Shown here in pieces: positions 9,964 through 16,703 of a stretch of 43,725 nucleotides of DNA. The stretch lies in NCBI GenBank assembly GCA_964609115.1, contig CAZSRN010000001.1, forward strand, positions 1 to 43,725. The letters are read 5' to 3'. The position numbers and the translations under genes were made by a program. The DNA comes from an uncultured Veillonellaceae bacterium (GTDB lineage: Bacteria > Bacillota > Negativicutes > UBA1444). The notes under the pieces are model-generated. The model worked only from the letters and a program-made list of their open reading frames with translations, was not told the origin of the DNA and searched no databases. The stretch's first letter is position 1; each line of letters opens with the position of its first letter.

Positions 9964-11259
9964 TTATTCAGGCAAAAACAAACCTATCATAACCCGATTT
10001 ACCCATTTTATGCTCACGGATAGAGGTGTCAATAAACCTTTATAATACATCCACTCCAACGAAAAGATAAAAATGTAACCTATCAACAAATCCTGTACCC
10101 AACCCCGCCGCATGCGCGTCATTCCGAGAAGCCGTTCCCGGGACTGTTCCCGAATAGCACTCATTAATTCGATCATCTGCGCAATAGTTGCCGCAGTAAT
10201 GCGATTGGCGGCGCTGGAGGTTTCCCTCCCCGCATGGGTGCGCCCCGCCTGCTGCATTTTCTTTACGAGTTCTGTTAACGGGCGCAAGTATTGATGATCA
10301 CGTTCTTCCAACGAAATCAAAGTTGCCAAATCTTCCTTTGATTTATTCCATTTCAAGTATAACGGCAGCATAGTAATTCGCAAGAAAAAATAGGAGAGCA
10401 AAATAACACACAAATTATAAGCCTGCGTTAATATCCAGATATGCAGAGCGGTCGCATCTTGCGGCATAAGTTGAAAGGCGCCGCTCAAAACCGGCAAGGT
10501 AACATGTACCAGCACAAATGCATAGGCCGCCAGCAGAATCCAGGAAAAGACCACCGCGATACGATTTATCGAGTTCGAATGCATCTCACCGTATGCGCCG
10601 GTTAACGATAGTCCAAATCCGGTCTGTAGTTCCGCTGACCGACGGAATGTATACAAAACCACAGTGTTTTTTTGAATCTGAACTCCAATTACGCTGACAT
10701 TTCCAACCAACGGCGAACGTTTCTCCGGCCATTCAACATATAACCGAATAGTACGCTTGACGCGCAATACAAACCGAAGGGATTCATGCCGCCATGAACC
10801 CTTCCATCGCAAAGTTGCATATAATAATTGAATCATTGCAAATTCCATTAACCGCTGAAAATAACCATTGTTGCACTTTCGAACCAACAGTCGGCAAATT
10901 TGAAAATCAATAGAAGATACTCGTTGGTCATGCCACAGGTCAACAATAAGAAAATGCACGGCTACTTTCCCTAATAAAGGAACCTGTAGGCACACTTCCA
11001 CCAGGCTATCACCCGAAGCCTGCAAAGACTCGAACCAGGATTGGTGACACCCCAGCCAATTGTTCTTCTTGAGAATTTCACTAATTTCCGCATCGGAAAA
11101 TTCATATTCCCCGTGCCGGATACGCTCCAGAATCTTGCGCGCACGGGATGCAGCAACGGTATGGGGCATCGGCGACGTCACCTGGCGTTGTACCGACAAA
11201 GTATCCACTGCTCGAACAATTTTATCCAGCGCCCGGCCCCATTTTTTGATCAAATTCAT
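9964..11259 (-). CDS. Hypothetical membrane protein, 431 aa
   Basis: A soluble N-terminal region of about 230 aa, then hydrophobic segments (VVFSWILLAAYAFVLVHVTLPVL, ILTQAYNLCVILLSYFFL and LLIGYIFIFSL). GGGGG RBS before the ATG. No family recognised. Confidence 0.6.
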   Translation of the reverse strand: MNLIKKWGRALDKIVRAVDTLSVQRQVTSPMPHTVAASRARKILERIRHGEYEFSDAEISEILKKNNWLGCHQSWFESLQASGDSLVEVCLQVPLLGKVAVHFLIVDLWHDQRVSSIDFQICRLLVRKCNNGYFQRLMEFAMIQLLYATLRWKGSWRHESLRFVLRVKRTIRLYVEWPEKRSPLVGNVSVIGVQIQKNTVVLYTFRRSAELQTGFGLSLTGAYGEMHSNSINRIAVVFSWILLAAYAFVLVHVTLPVLSGAFQLMPQDATALHIWILTQAYNLCVILLSYFFLRITMLPLYLKWNKSKEDLATLISLEERDHQYLRPLTELVKKMQQAGRTHAGRETSSAANRITAATIAQMIELMSAIREQSRERLLGMTRMRRGWVQDLLIGYIFIFSLEWMYYKGLLTPLSVSIKWVNRVMIGLFLPE

Positions 11260-11307
11260 AGGCGCCCCCTAGTCATTCTCTTTCCTTGTTCATTGTACTA
11301 TGTGAGA

Positions 11308-11338
11308 TAAAAAAGCGGAACAGCCTTTGCTGTTCCGC
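11308..11338 (-). terminator. Intrinsic terminator after the 162-aa gene
   Basis: The minus strand reads GCGGAACAGC-aaag-GCUGUUCCGC followed by UUUUUUAUC. Confidence 0.75.
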
Positions 11339-11352
11339 ACCTGTTGCCTGCG

Positions 11353-11841
11353 TCAAAATTCGCACTGTGCGAGTTGATCCTGAGCCGGCACCTGAATCTT
11401 TCTCAGCGTGTTAAGCCGAACCGTACGCTGCCCATTTGAAGGTTGTTTCCCTGAAGTTGCATACGCCAATGCCCCAGGCCCATTAAAAACAATGTCCGGA
11501 ACACCTTCATCCGAAAGTTTCATGACAATCAAATGTTGTGGGACCTGTTCACTGCGCAATACAACCGTTTCGCCTTGAGCGGGCTTGATTTGGACCAGGA
11601 TGGACTTATCCCGGGTCCGGGCATTATGAATTTTGCTGGAAGCGGGCAGCAGTTCAAGGTCAAAGCAGTGTGCAGCCAAAACTTCACAGAAGCTTTCAAT
11701 TTGGTGTCCATCGGGAGTAAAGCTTCTTTTGGGAAAAAGTTTGTCCAATTCAGATGTTACAGAAAAAAATTGACAAATCAACTGGCTGACTTTTGCGCTG
11801 GACAATGTTGGCTCAACTCCTTTAACAGGTACGATAAACAC
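11353..11841 (-). CDS. Hypothetical protein, up to 162 aa; start uncertain
   Basis: The ORF opens with a GTG at 11841. An in-frame TTG at 11805 lies behind an AAAGGAG RBS and is an alternative start. No family recognised with confidence. Confidence 0.55.
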   Translation of the reverse strand: MFIVPVKGVEPTLSSAKVSQLICQFFSVTSELDKLFPKRSFTPDGHQIESFCEVLAAHCFDLELLPASSKIHNARTRDKSILVQIKPAQGETVVLRSEQVPQHLIVMKLSDEGVPDIVFNGPGALAYATSGKQPSNGQRTVRLNTLRKIQVPAQDQLAQCEF

Positions 11842-11876
11842 TTATAAATTATTTGACATTTATTTCATTTTCCCTC

Positions 11877-11904
11877 GGGACCATGGTCCTATTTTTTTGA
11901 GACT
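11877..11904 (+). promoter_or_regulatory. Composite motif site A: GGGACCATGGTCCT, 8 nt, GAGACT
   Basis: A perfect GGACC-AT-GGTCC palindrome with a GAGACT box, in the gap between the phosphatase gene and the 162-aa gene. Same architecture as sites B to E. Confidence 0.4.
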
Positions 11905-11956
11905 CCAGTCCCTCTCTGTAAAAAAGTTCTTTCGTCCCGTTTTTTCAAACCATCAG

Positions 11957-12667
11957 TTACGCCTGCCAGAATTGTTGCGATGGGAGCTCCATAACAGTCA
12001 GGGGACCACCCCATGCGGCGCCGGTATCCAAAAAAATTTTATGTTCCCGTATCAGCGGCTTTGATATGTCCGTCACATCAGGAATTAATTCATACCGGGC
12101 CAGATACTGTATGGGAGTATGACCCGTCACCACGTCTTGCGGTCCCCGATATCCCTGTATATAAGGTTCACGTAACCATATAAGTTCTTGGGGAGACTGT
12201 TGTTCAAGCGAAATTCCAGGTCTTATTCCCGCATGAACAAATAAAAATCCCCATTCTTCATGCCACCGGGGCAATGATTGAAAAAAAGCCACATGTTCAT
12301 CCAGCAAATCAGATTGGTTTCGATAACTGGCAAGAGTGACCTCTCCGCCATTCGCATACCACTGTTCAATTTCTTCCTGCGACAAATGCATATTTTTTCG
12401 ATCTTTTAATGCCTGTCGCATCATATCTTCATGATTTCCATACAAAGCCACCGCACCCGATTCTACAAGGTGCATTACCATGGATACGGTCCGGTTGGAG
12501 TCTGGACCCCTGTCCACATAGTCGCCCAATAAAACCAGGCGATCCTGCTTCGGCTTATATCCCGCCAAGCTCAATACCCGCTTCATTTTTTCCAACTGCC
12601 CATGTATATCACCCATAACCAACAATCGTTGGTTTGGTCTACCGGCTTGTTCCATCTTTTCGGACAT
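11957..12667 (-). CDS. PPP-family metallophosphoesterase (Ser/Thr phosphatase, PrpE/ApaH-like)
   Basis: Carries the GDIHG, GDYVDRG and GNHE signature motifs in the canonical order. Confidence 0.85.
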   Translation of the reverse strand: MSEKMEQAGRPNQRLLVMGDIHGQLEKMKRVLSLAGYKPKQDRLVLLGDYVDRGPDSNRTVSMVMHLVESGAVALYGNHEDMMRQALKDRKNMHLSQEEIEQWYANGGEVTLASYRNQSDLLDEHVAFFQSLPRWHEEWGFLFVHAGIRPGISLEQQSPQELIWLREPYIQGYRGPQDVVTGHTPIQYLARYELIPDVTDISKPLIREHKIFLDTGAAWGGPLTVMELPSQQFWQA

Positions 12668-12730
12668 ACATTACCCCTTTTCCGTCATTGAACTGTATGG
12701 AACTTCGACATTTCTTCCTTCGGCTCCTGC

Positions 12731-12772
12731 AAAAAAAGAAAACCTTCAACCCTAATCGGGCTGAAGGTTTTC
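12731..12772 (-). terminator. Intrinsic terminator after flp copy 1
   Basis: The minus strand reads AACCUUCAG-cccgauuaggg-UUGAAGGUU followed by UUCUUUUUUUG. Confidence 0.75.
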
Positions 12773-12788
12773 TTTGGGTTGTCTCTTG

Positions 12789-12950
12789 TTACAGCGCCGC
12801 AGATACGGCGTTAAACTGGGCCAGAACTTGCGGTCCGAGGGCTATGAGACCCGCCATGCCGACTACGGCTACCAGAGCAAGAATCAAACCATACTCGACC
12901 ATCCCTTGACCTTTTTTGTTTTGGAGAACAAAAGTTAACATCGTGAACAT
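12789..12950 (-). CDS. flp: Flp-family type IVb prepilin, copy 1 (53 aa)
   Basis: Own translation: MFTMLTFVLQNKKGQGMVEYGLILALVAVVGMAGLIALGPQVLAQFNAVSAAL. It has the Flp motif G/xxxxEY (GQG-MVEYG), a hydrophobic stretch and a GGAGG RBS. It is too short for the supplied ORF track. Confidence 0.85.
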   Translation of the reverse strand: MFTMLTFVLQNKKGQGMVEYGLILALVAVVGMAGLIALGPQVLAQFNAVSAAL

Positions 12951-13004
12951 TGTGTAAATCCTCCTCTATTTTTTTATTTGATATGCTGTTTGCTTTCTGA
13001 GTTT

Positions 13005-13013
13005 ATTGTAACA
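13005..13013 (-). promoter_or_regulatory. Extended -10 promoter element (TGT TACAAT) for flp copy 1
   Basis: Minus-strand TGTTACAAT about 55 nt upstream of the ATG. Conserved in position with the flp2 and flp3 elements. Confidence 0.5.
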
Positions 13014-13041
13014 AGCTTTATAAAGAGTTCCATCATACGCA

Positions 13042-13070
13042 AGTCTCAATTACCATGGGAACCGGGTCCC
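13042..13070 (-). promoter_or_regulatory. Composite motif site B: GGGACCCGGTTCCC, 9 nt, GAGACT
   Basis: Lies upstream of the flp1 promoter. Read on the minus strand. Confidence 0.4.
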
Positions 13071-13174
13071 ACACTACACGCAAGACCAAAGCTCCATCAC
13101 TCTGGTGCCTTTTCGCTCTGTTATTATCGTTCCAACCTGCACGCGCCGACTGGTTTCAATCCATTATTCATAAT

Positions 13175-13210
13175 AAAAATCCCCCTGGCTTTTTAAGCCA
13201 GGGGGATTTT
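13175..13210 (-). terminator. Intrinsic terminator after flp copy 2
   Basis: The minus strand reads AAAUCCCCCUGGC-uuaaaaa-GCCAGGGGGAUUU followed by UUAUUAU. Confidence 0.7.
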
Positions 13211-13228
13211 GCAGGTTTCTTTTGCTGT

Positions 13229-13390
13229 TTACAGCGCGCCGGTCACTGTATTAAACTGCGCCAAAACCTGCGGCCCGAGAAGCACGAGACCGGCCATGCC
13301 GACTACGGCTACCAGAGCAAGAATCAAACCGTACTCGACCATGCCTTGGCCTTTCTTGTTTTGGAGAACCGAAGTAATCATTGCGAACAT
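13229..13390 (-). CDS. flp: Flp-family type IVb prepilin, copy 2 (53 aa)
   Basis: Own translation: MFAMITSVLQNKKGQGMVEYGLILALVAVVGMAGLVLLGPQVLAQFNTVTGAL. RBS GAGGGAGGG. Confidence 0.85.
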   Translation of the reverse strand: MFAMITSVLQNKKGQGMVEYGLILALVAVVGMAGLVLLGPQVLAQFNTVTGAL

Positions 13391-13448
13391 GATATGAACC
13401 CTCCCTCAATTTTTTGTATTTGGTTTACGTTGCTTGCTTTCTGACTTT

Positions 13449-13457
13449 ATTGTAGCA
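13449..13457 (-). promoter_or_regulatory. Extended -10 promoter element (TGC TACAAT) for flp copy 2
   Basis: Minus-strand TGCTACAAT. The -35 is weak (ATGGAA). Confidence 0.5.
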
Positions 13458-13485
13458 AGCTTCACAGAGGGTTCCATCATACGCA

Positions 13486-13514
13486 AGTCTCAATTACCAT
13501 GGGAACAGGGTCCT
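13486..13514 (-). promoter_or_regulatory. Composite motif site C: AGGACCCTGTTCCC, 9 nt, GAGACT
   Basis: Lies upstream of the flp2 promoter and overlaps the last codons and stop codon of the ICMT-like gene. Confidence 0.4.
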
Positions 13515-14176
13515 ATACTCCCGCGTGACCGAATGCCTATCAACCCGGTTCGTTCATGATAATACGCATACTCGGGAAATGTTTGCAGCAACAATTTTTC
13601 TTCCCGCCGCAGACGCAACATCAAAAATGCGATTTGCGATATGGAAGCAATCAGCATCAGCCAGCTTGGAAACATCAAGACGTCGGCAACTGCCCAAACC
13701 ATGTAACAAACATACAGCGGATGACGCGAATATTTGTATGGCCCGTTCGCAACCACCGCATGCGCCTCCGGTACAACCGTCAAACAATCTCCAAGACAGA
13801 AAAGCGACCATATCACGAATGGATAGGGCAGAACCGAAAGAATAACTCCCAGCCTGCGAAGCTCTGCCATAAATCCTTCACCCACATGAGGCGCCGAAAC
13901 GAACATAACAATTACGCTAAATCCAAAGGTTGTACCTAATCCGATAATCATTGAAGAAATGCGGGCATCTATTTTCTTTGGTTGCTGTAACAAACTGCGG
14001 GTCAAAAAATAAATATCCAAAGCGCTTACAGCAATAATTGGAATTCCCCACAATATATGGTGCAGCGACTGTGAAAGGCGCATCAATGTAAGAAAAATAA
14101 TTACAACCATAAATAAAGTTACCGAACCGCTGGCCAAAAACCGCAAGTATTGTTGCCGGATTTCATGTGAGTTCAT
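13490..14176 (-). CDS. Integral-membrane methyltransferase of the isoprenylcysteine carboxyl methyltransferase (ICMT)/PEMT family
   Basis: Multi-pass membrane protein whose C-terminal signature is NGPYKYSRHPLYVCYMVWAVADVLMF...LRREEKLL. Start set at the ATG at 14176, behind an AAAGGAGG RBS. Confidence 0.75.
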   Translation of the reverse strand: MNSHEIRQQYLRFLASGSVTLFMVVIIFLTLMRLSQSLHHILWGIPIIAVSALDIYFLTRSLLQQPKKIDARISSMIIGLGTTFGFSVIVMFVSAPHVGEGFMAELRRLGVILSVLPYPFVIWSLFCLGDCLTVVPEAHAVVANGPYKYSRHPLYVCYMVWAVADVLMFPSWLMLIASISQIAFLMLRLRREEKLLLQTFPEYAYYHERTGLIGIRSRGSIGPCSHGN

Positions 14177-14203
14177 TTTCCAGCCTCCTTTCTCCAACAC
14201 TTT

Positions 14204-14239
14204 ATAAAAAGACCCCCGACCTTTTGCAGACCGGGGGTA
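14204..14239 (-). terminator. Terminator-like hairpin after flp copy 3, about 28 nt upstream of the ICMT-like start
   Basis: The minus strand reads ACCCCCGGUC-ugcaaaa-GGUCGGGGGU followed by CUUUUUAU. Confidence 0.6.
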
Positions 14240-14258
14240 TCCACTGGTTAGTTGTTGT

Positions 14259-14420
14259 TTACAGCGCGCCGGTCACTGTATTGAACTGCGCCAGAACCTG
14301 CGGCCCGAGAAGCACGAGACCGGCCATGCCGACTACGGCTACCAGAGCAAGAATCAAACCGTACTCGACCATGCCTTGGCCTTTCTTGTTTTGGAGAACC
14401 GAAGTAATCATTGCGAACAT
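14259..14420 (-). CDS. flp: Flp-family type IVb prepilin, copy 3 (53 aa, peptide identical to copy 2)
   Basis: The own translation is identical to copy 2, with two synonymous differences. Confidence 0.85.
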   Translation of the reverse strand: MFAMITSVLQNKKGQGMVEYGLILALVAVVGMAGLVLLGPQVLAQFNTVTGAL

Positions 14421-14522
14421 GATATGAACCCTCCCTCAATTTTTTGTATTTGGTTTACGTTGCTTGCTTTCTGACTTTATTGTAGCAAGCTCCGCAGAGG
14501 GGGCCATCATACGCAAGTCTCA
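14259..14522 (-). repeat. Direct repeat unit 2 (flp3 CDS, 5' UTR and promoter)
   Basis: See unit 1. Identity ends right after the GAGACT box. Confidence 0.9.
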
Positions 14523-14544
14523 TTTGTTTTAGGTATAGCGTCCT
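14516..14544 (-). promoter_or_regulatory. Composite motif site E (degenerate): AGGACGCTATACCT, 9 nt, GAGACT
   Basis: Lies upstream of the flp3 promoter. The left half-site and the GAGACT box are kept; the right half-site is degenerate. Confidence 0.3.
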
Positions 14545-14579
14545 ATTTTTAGTTCATATCAAAATGTATCAATCAAAAG

Positions 14580-15719
14580 TCAGCTGCCTGAAGGTACCGA
14601 AAGCACGACCTTGGTGCCCCGTCGGGGGGCGGATTTGATTGATAACTTTCCTTCCAGCAATTGTATTCGTTCCTGCATTCCCGTCACTCCATAATGCCCT
14701 GCCGGCAGCTCCTCCGACTCCGCATCAAACCCTTTTCCGTCATCTTCTACAACAACCGTCACTCCGGACGGCGCGAATTCGATTCGCACCTTTATGGAAG
14801 ATGCCTGTGCATGTTTTATAACATTATTCAACGCCTCTTGAACAATCCGAAACATCCCAATTTCAATATGAGGTTCCATTCGTCGCTCTTTGCCGATAAC
14901 CGCAACCTCAGTAAAAAGACCGTATTGCTCCCGAAAAACGTCCAATATCCCACGGACAGTCGGTACCAAGCCCAGATCGTCCAGCGCCATAGGCCGCAAA
15001 TCAAAAATAATCTTGCGAATTTCCGCCAAGGTACTGCGAATATGCTCACGCAATGCTTTCAATTCAGTTTTGGCCCGCTCTGCGTCCGTCTCAATCAAAC
15101 GTTCACAGACTTCTGCGCGGAAAACAATGTTGGCAATCGCCTGCGCCGGGCCATCGTGAATATCGCGGGCAACTCGTCGTCGCTCCTCTTCCTGACTACG
15201 GATAATCTGCGCCCCAAGCGCATGCGCATTCTGCAAATTTTCGATTTGGGCAAAGGCTGCGTTCATCTGATTCCCCAGATAATCCAATACCACACCCACT
15301 TGTGAAACCAACTGCTCCGCTTTGGAAACCGTTCCGCTCAGCGTGCGCAGCCGTCCTTCCAGATCATCCCTCTGTCTGCGCAAATTCTGTTCCTGCTCCC
15401 TGGCTACTGCGACATCAATCTGAATCTTGCGGGCATCGTCATAAGCTTCCCTGATTTCTTCCTCAGTACGGTTTTTAAAATCCCGGCTGACTTCCATCAG
15501 ATGAATGCGCGCTTTACGTTCGTTTCGTTCCAATTCATCCACTTTATAAATAATCGCGGCGGTTTCATCCTTAACGCGATCAACATCGCGCTTCACATTG
15601 TCCAGTTCCTCCCGCGCCATTTCATAAACGTCATAAATCTGCCCACGCCCGTCGTAAATACTGGCAATTGTCTTTTTTATAATTTTATCGAGGGTCTTAA
15701 CATTCACATCCTGTATCAT
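14580..15719 (-). CDS. degS: Cytoplasmic sensor histidine kinase, DegS-like (coiled-coil N-terminus, HisKA_3, HATPase_c)
   Basis: Close to B. subtilis DegS by eye: EEERRRVARDIHDGPAQ (H-box), IIFDLRPMALDDLGLVPT, and the N and G boxes (QEALNNVIKHA, DDGKGF, GVTGMQERI). No TM segment. Its ATG overlaps the tadB stop as ATGA. Confidence 0.8.
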   Translation of the reverse strand: MIQDVNVKTLDKIIKKTIASIYDGRGQIYDVYEMAREELDNVKRDVDRVKDETAAIIYKVDELERNERKARIHLMEVSRDFKNRTEEEIREAYDDARKIQIDVAVAREQEQNLRRQRDDLEGRLRTLSGTVSKAEQLVSQVGVVLDYLGNQMNAAFAQIENLQNAHALGAQIIRSQEEERRRVARDIHDGPAQAIANIVFRAEVCERLIETDAERAKTELKALREHIRSTLAEIRKIIFDLRPMALDDLGLVPTVRGILDVFREQYGLFTEVAVIGKERRMEPHIEIGMFRIVQEALNNVIKHAQASSIKVRIEFAPSGVTVVVEDDGKGFDAESEELPAGHYGVTGMQERIQLLEGKLSIKSAPRRGTKVVLSVPSGS

Positions 15720-16690
15720 ACTTCAATATCCACGATACGGCGAATGACCAGAATCCCTATTATCTGTCCCACCAGCGCAACTCCCAACATTATTTTTCCG
15801 ACAGGATGCACAAACAGCACCCGAATATAATCCGGATTCAAGACATAAATGACCACTCCCAAAGCTAATGGCAGCAGACTGACGATGATGCCGGAAATTC
15901 GGCCCTGTGCGGTCAGTGTTCGAATTTCACCCCGAATACGCACCCGTTCCCTGATAGTCTTGGCAATATTGTCGAGCACTTCCGAAAGATTCCCTCCCAC
16001 CTGACGCTGAATCAGCACAGCCGTCAGCACCAGGTCAAGATCGTCCGAATCAATACGCTTCGCCAGATTTCCCAGTGAAGTTTCTATCGTAATCCCTAAA
16101 TTCATTTCTTTGACGGTCCGGGCAAATTCAGTGGAAATTGGCGGACGCATCTCCTGCGCAACCATATCCGCCGCCTGCATGAAGCTATACCCTGTCCGCA
16201 GCGAATTGGCAATCAGAATTAGCGCATCGCCCAATTGTCCATTGAAAGCCTTCATCCGTTTGGCAGTCCTGATGTTCACCAATAAAAACGGTATTGAAAA
16301 ACCAACGATAGCGCCGACGATTCCCAATAGCACGGAGCCGCCGCCTATCAGCAGCAGCAGAATTGCCAGTAAAAGAGCCGATCCGCCGCACAGCGCAAGA
16401 AACTCGCCGCTCCGGATTGGCAGACCGGCTCTGAGCATGCGATGCTCCAACGAAAGGGTCCATCGGGGAGATTCCAGATAGCGCCCAATATTGCGCAGCA
16501 ATCCGCGCACTCCGGTGGCCTCGCCTCCCTGATAAGGGAAAGACGACGGTTCGGAAGTCAGATCAGCCCCCTGAACAACCTGATCCAATCGTCTGCCTAC
16601 AACACGTTTCTCGGCCGTTGCCAGCTGATAGACCAGCATAATGATTGTGCTTAGTGTTAAAAATACGCCGATGGATATGAGGAAAATCAT
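15716..16690 (-). CDS. tadB: Tad/type II secretion platform protein (T2SS-F domain, TadB-like)
   Basis: FNGQLGDALILIANSLRTGYSFMQAADMVAQEMRPPISTEF...QRQVGGNLSEVLDNIAKTIRER...LTAQGRISG matches the TadB/TadC family. Start set at the ATG at 16690, behind an AGGAGAG RBS. Confidence 0.85.
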   Translation of the reverse strand: MIFLISIGVFLTLSTIIMLVYQLATAEKRVVGRRLDQVVQGADLTSEPSSFPYQGGEATGVRGLLRNIGRYLESPRWTLSLEHRMLRAGLPIRSGEFLALCGGSALLLAILLLLIGGGSVLLGIVGAIVGFSIPFLLVNIRTAKRMKAFNGQLGDALILIANSLRTGYSFMQAADMVAQEMRPPISTEFARTVKEMNLGITIETSLGNLAKRIDSDDLDLVLTAVLIQRQVGGNLSEVLDNIAKTIRERVRIRGEIRTLTAQGRISGIIVSLLPLALGVVIYVLNPDYIRVLFVHPVGKIMLGVALVGQIIGILVIRRIVDIEV

Positions 16691-16703
16691 AGCACCATCT
16701 CTC

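Larger units (their letters stand above)
13229..13492 (-). repeat. Direct repeat unit 1 (flp2 CDS, 5' UTR and promoter), about 98% identical to 14259..14522
   Basis: By-eye alignment gives about 6 mismatches in 264 bp at an offset of 1030 bp. Two of the mismatches are synonymous changes in the CDS. Confidence 0.9.

Noticed and set aside
11877-11898. The RGGAC-N4-GTCCY palindromes interpreted as small intrinsic terminators (sites A and D are flanked by T or A runs)
   Set aside because: The stems are only 4-5 bp. Sites B, C and E have no U-tract. The U-tracts of A and D are on the strand with nothing to terminate. A fixed-distance GAGACT box fits a protein-binding site better.
12634-14427. Three plus-strand track ORFs (12634..12909, 13209..13397, 14167..14427) sharing the repeated peptide ..TCGPR..RPAMPTTATRARIKPYST..
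   Set aside because: They are antisense read-throughs of the three flp genes. They have no RBS. The opposite strand gives textbook Flp prepilins with RBS, promoter and terminator.
12789-14522. Possible CRISPR array or mobile-element repeats suggested by the recurring ~160-260-bp units
   Set aside because: The units are protein-coding pilin genes with their promoters. They are far longer than CRISPR repeats, with unequal spacing (440 and 1030 bp). There are no cas, transposase or integrase genes and no terminal inverted repeats.
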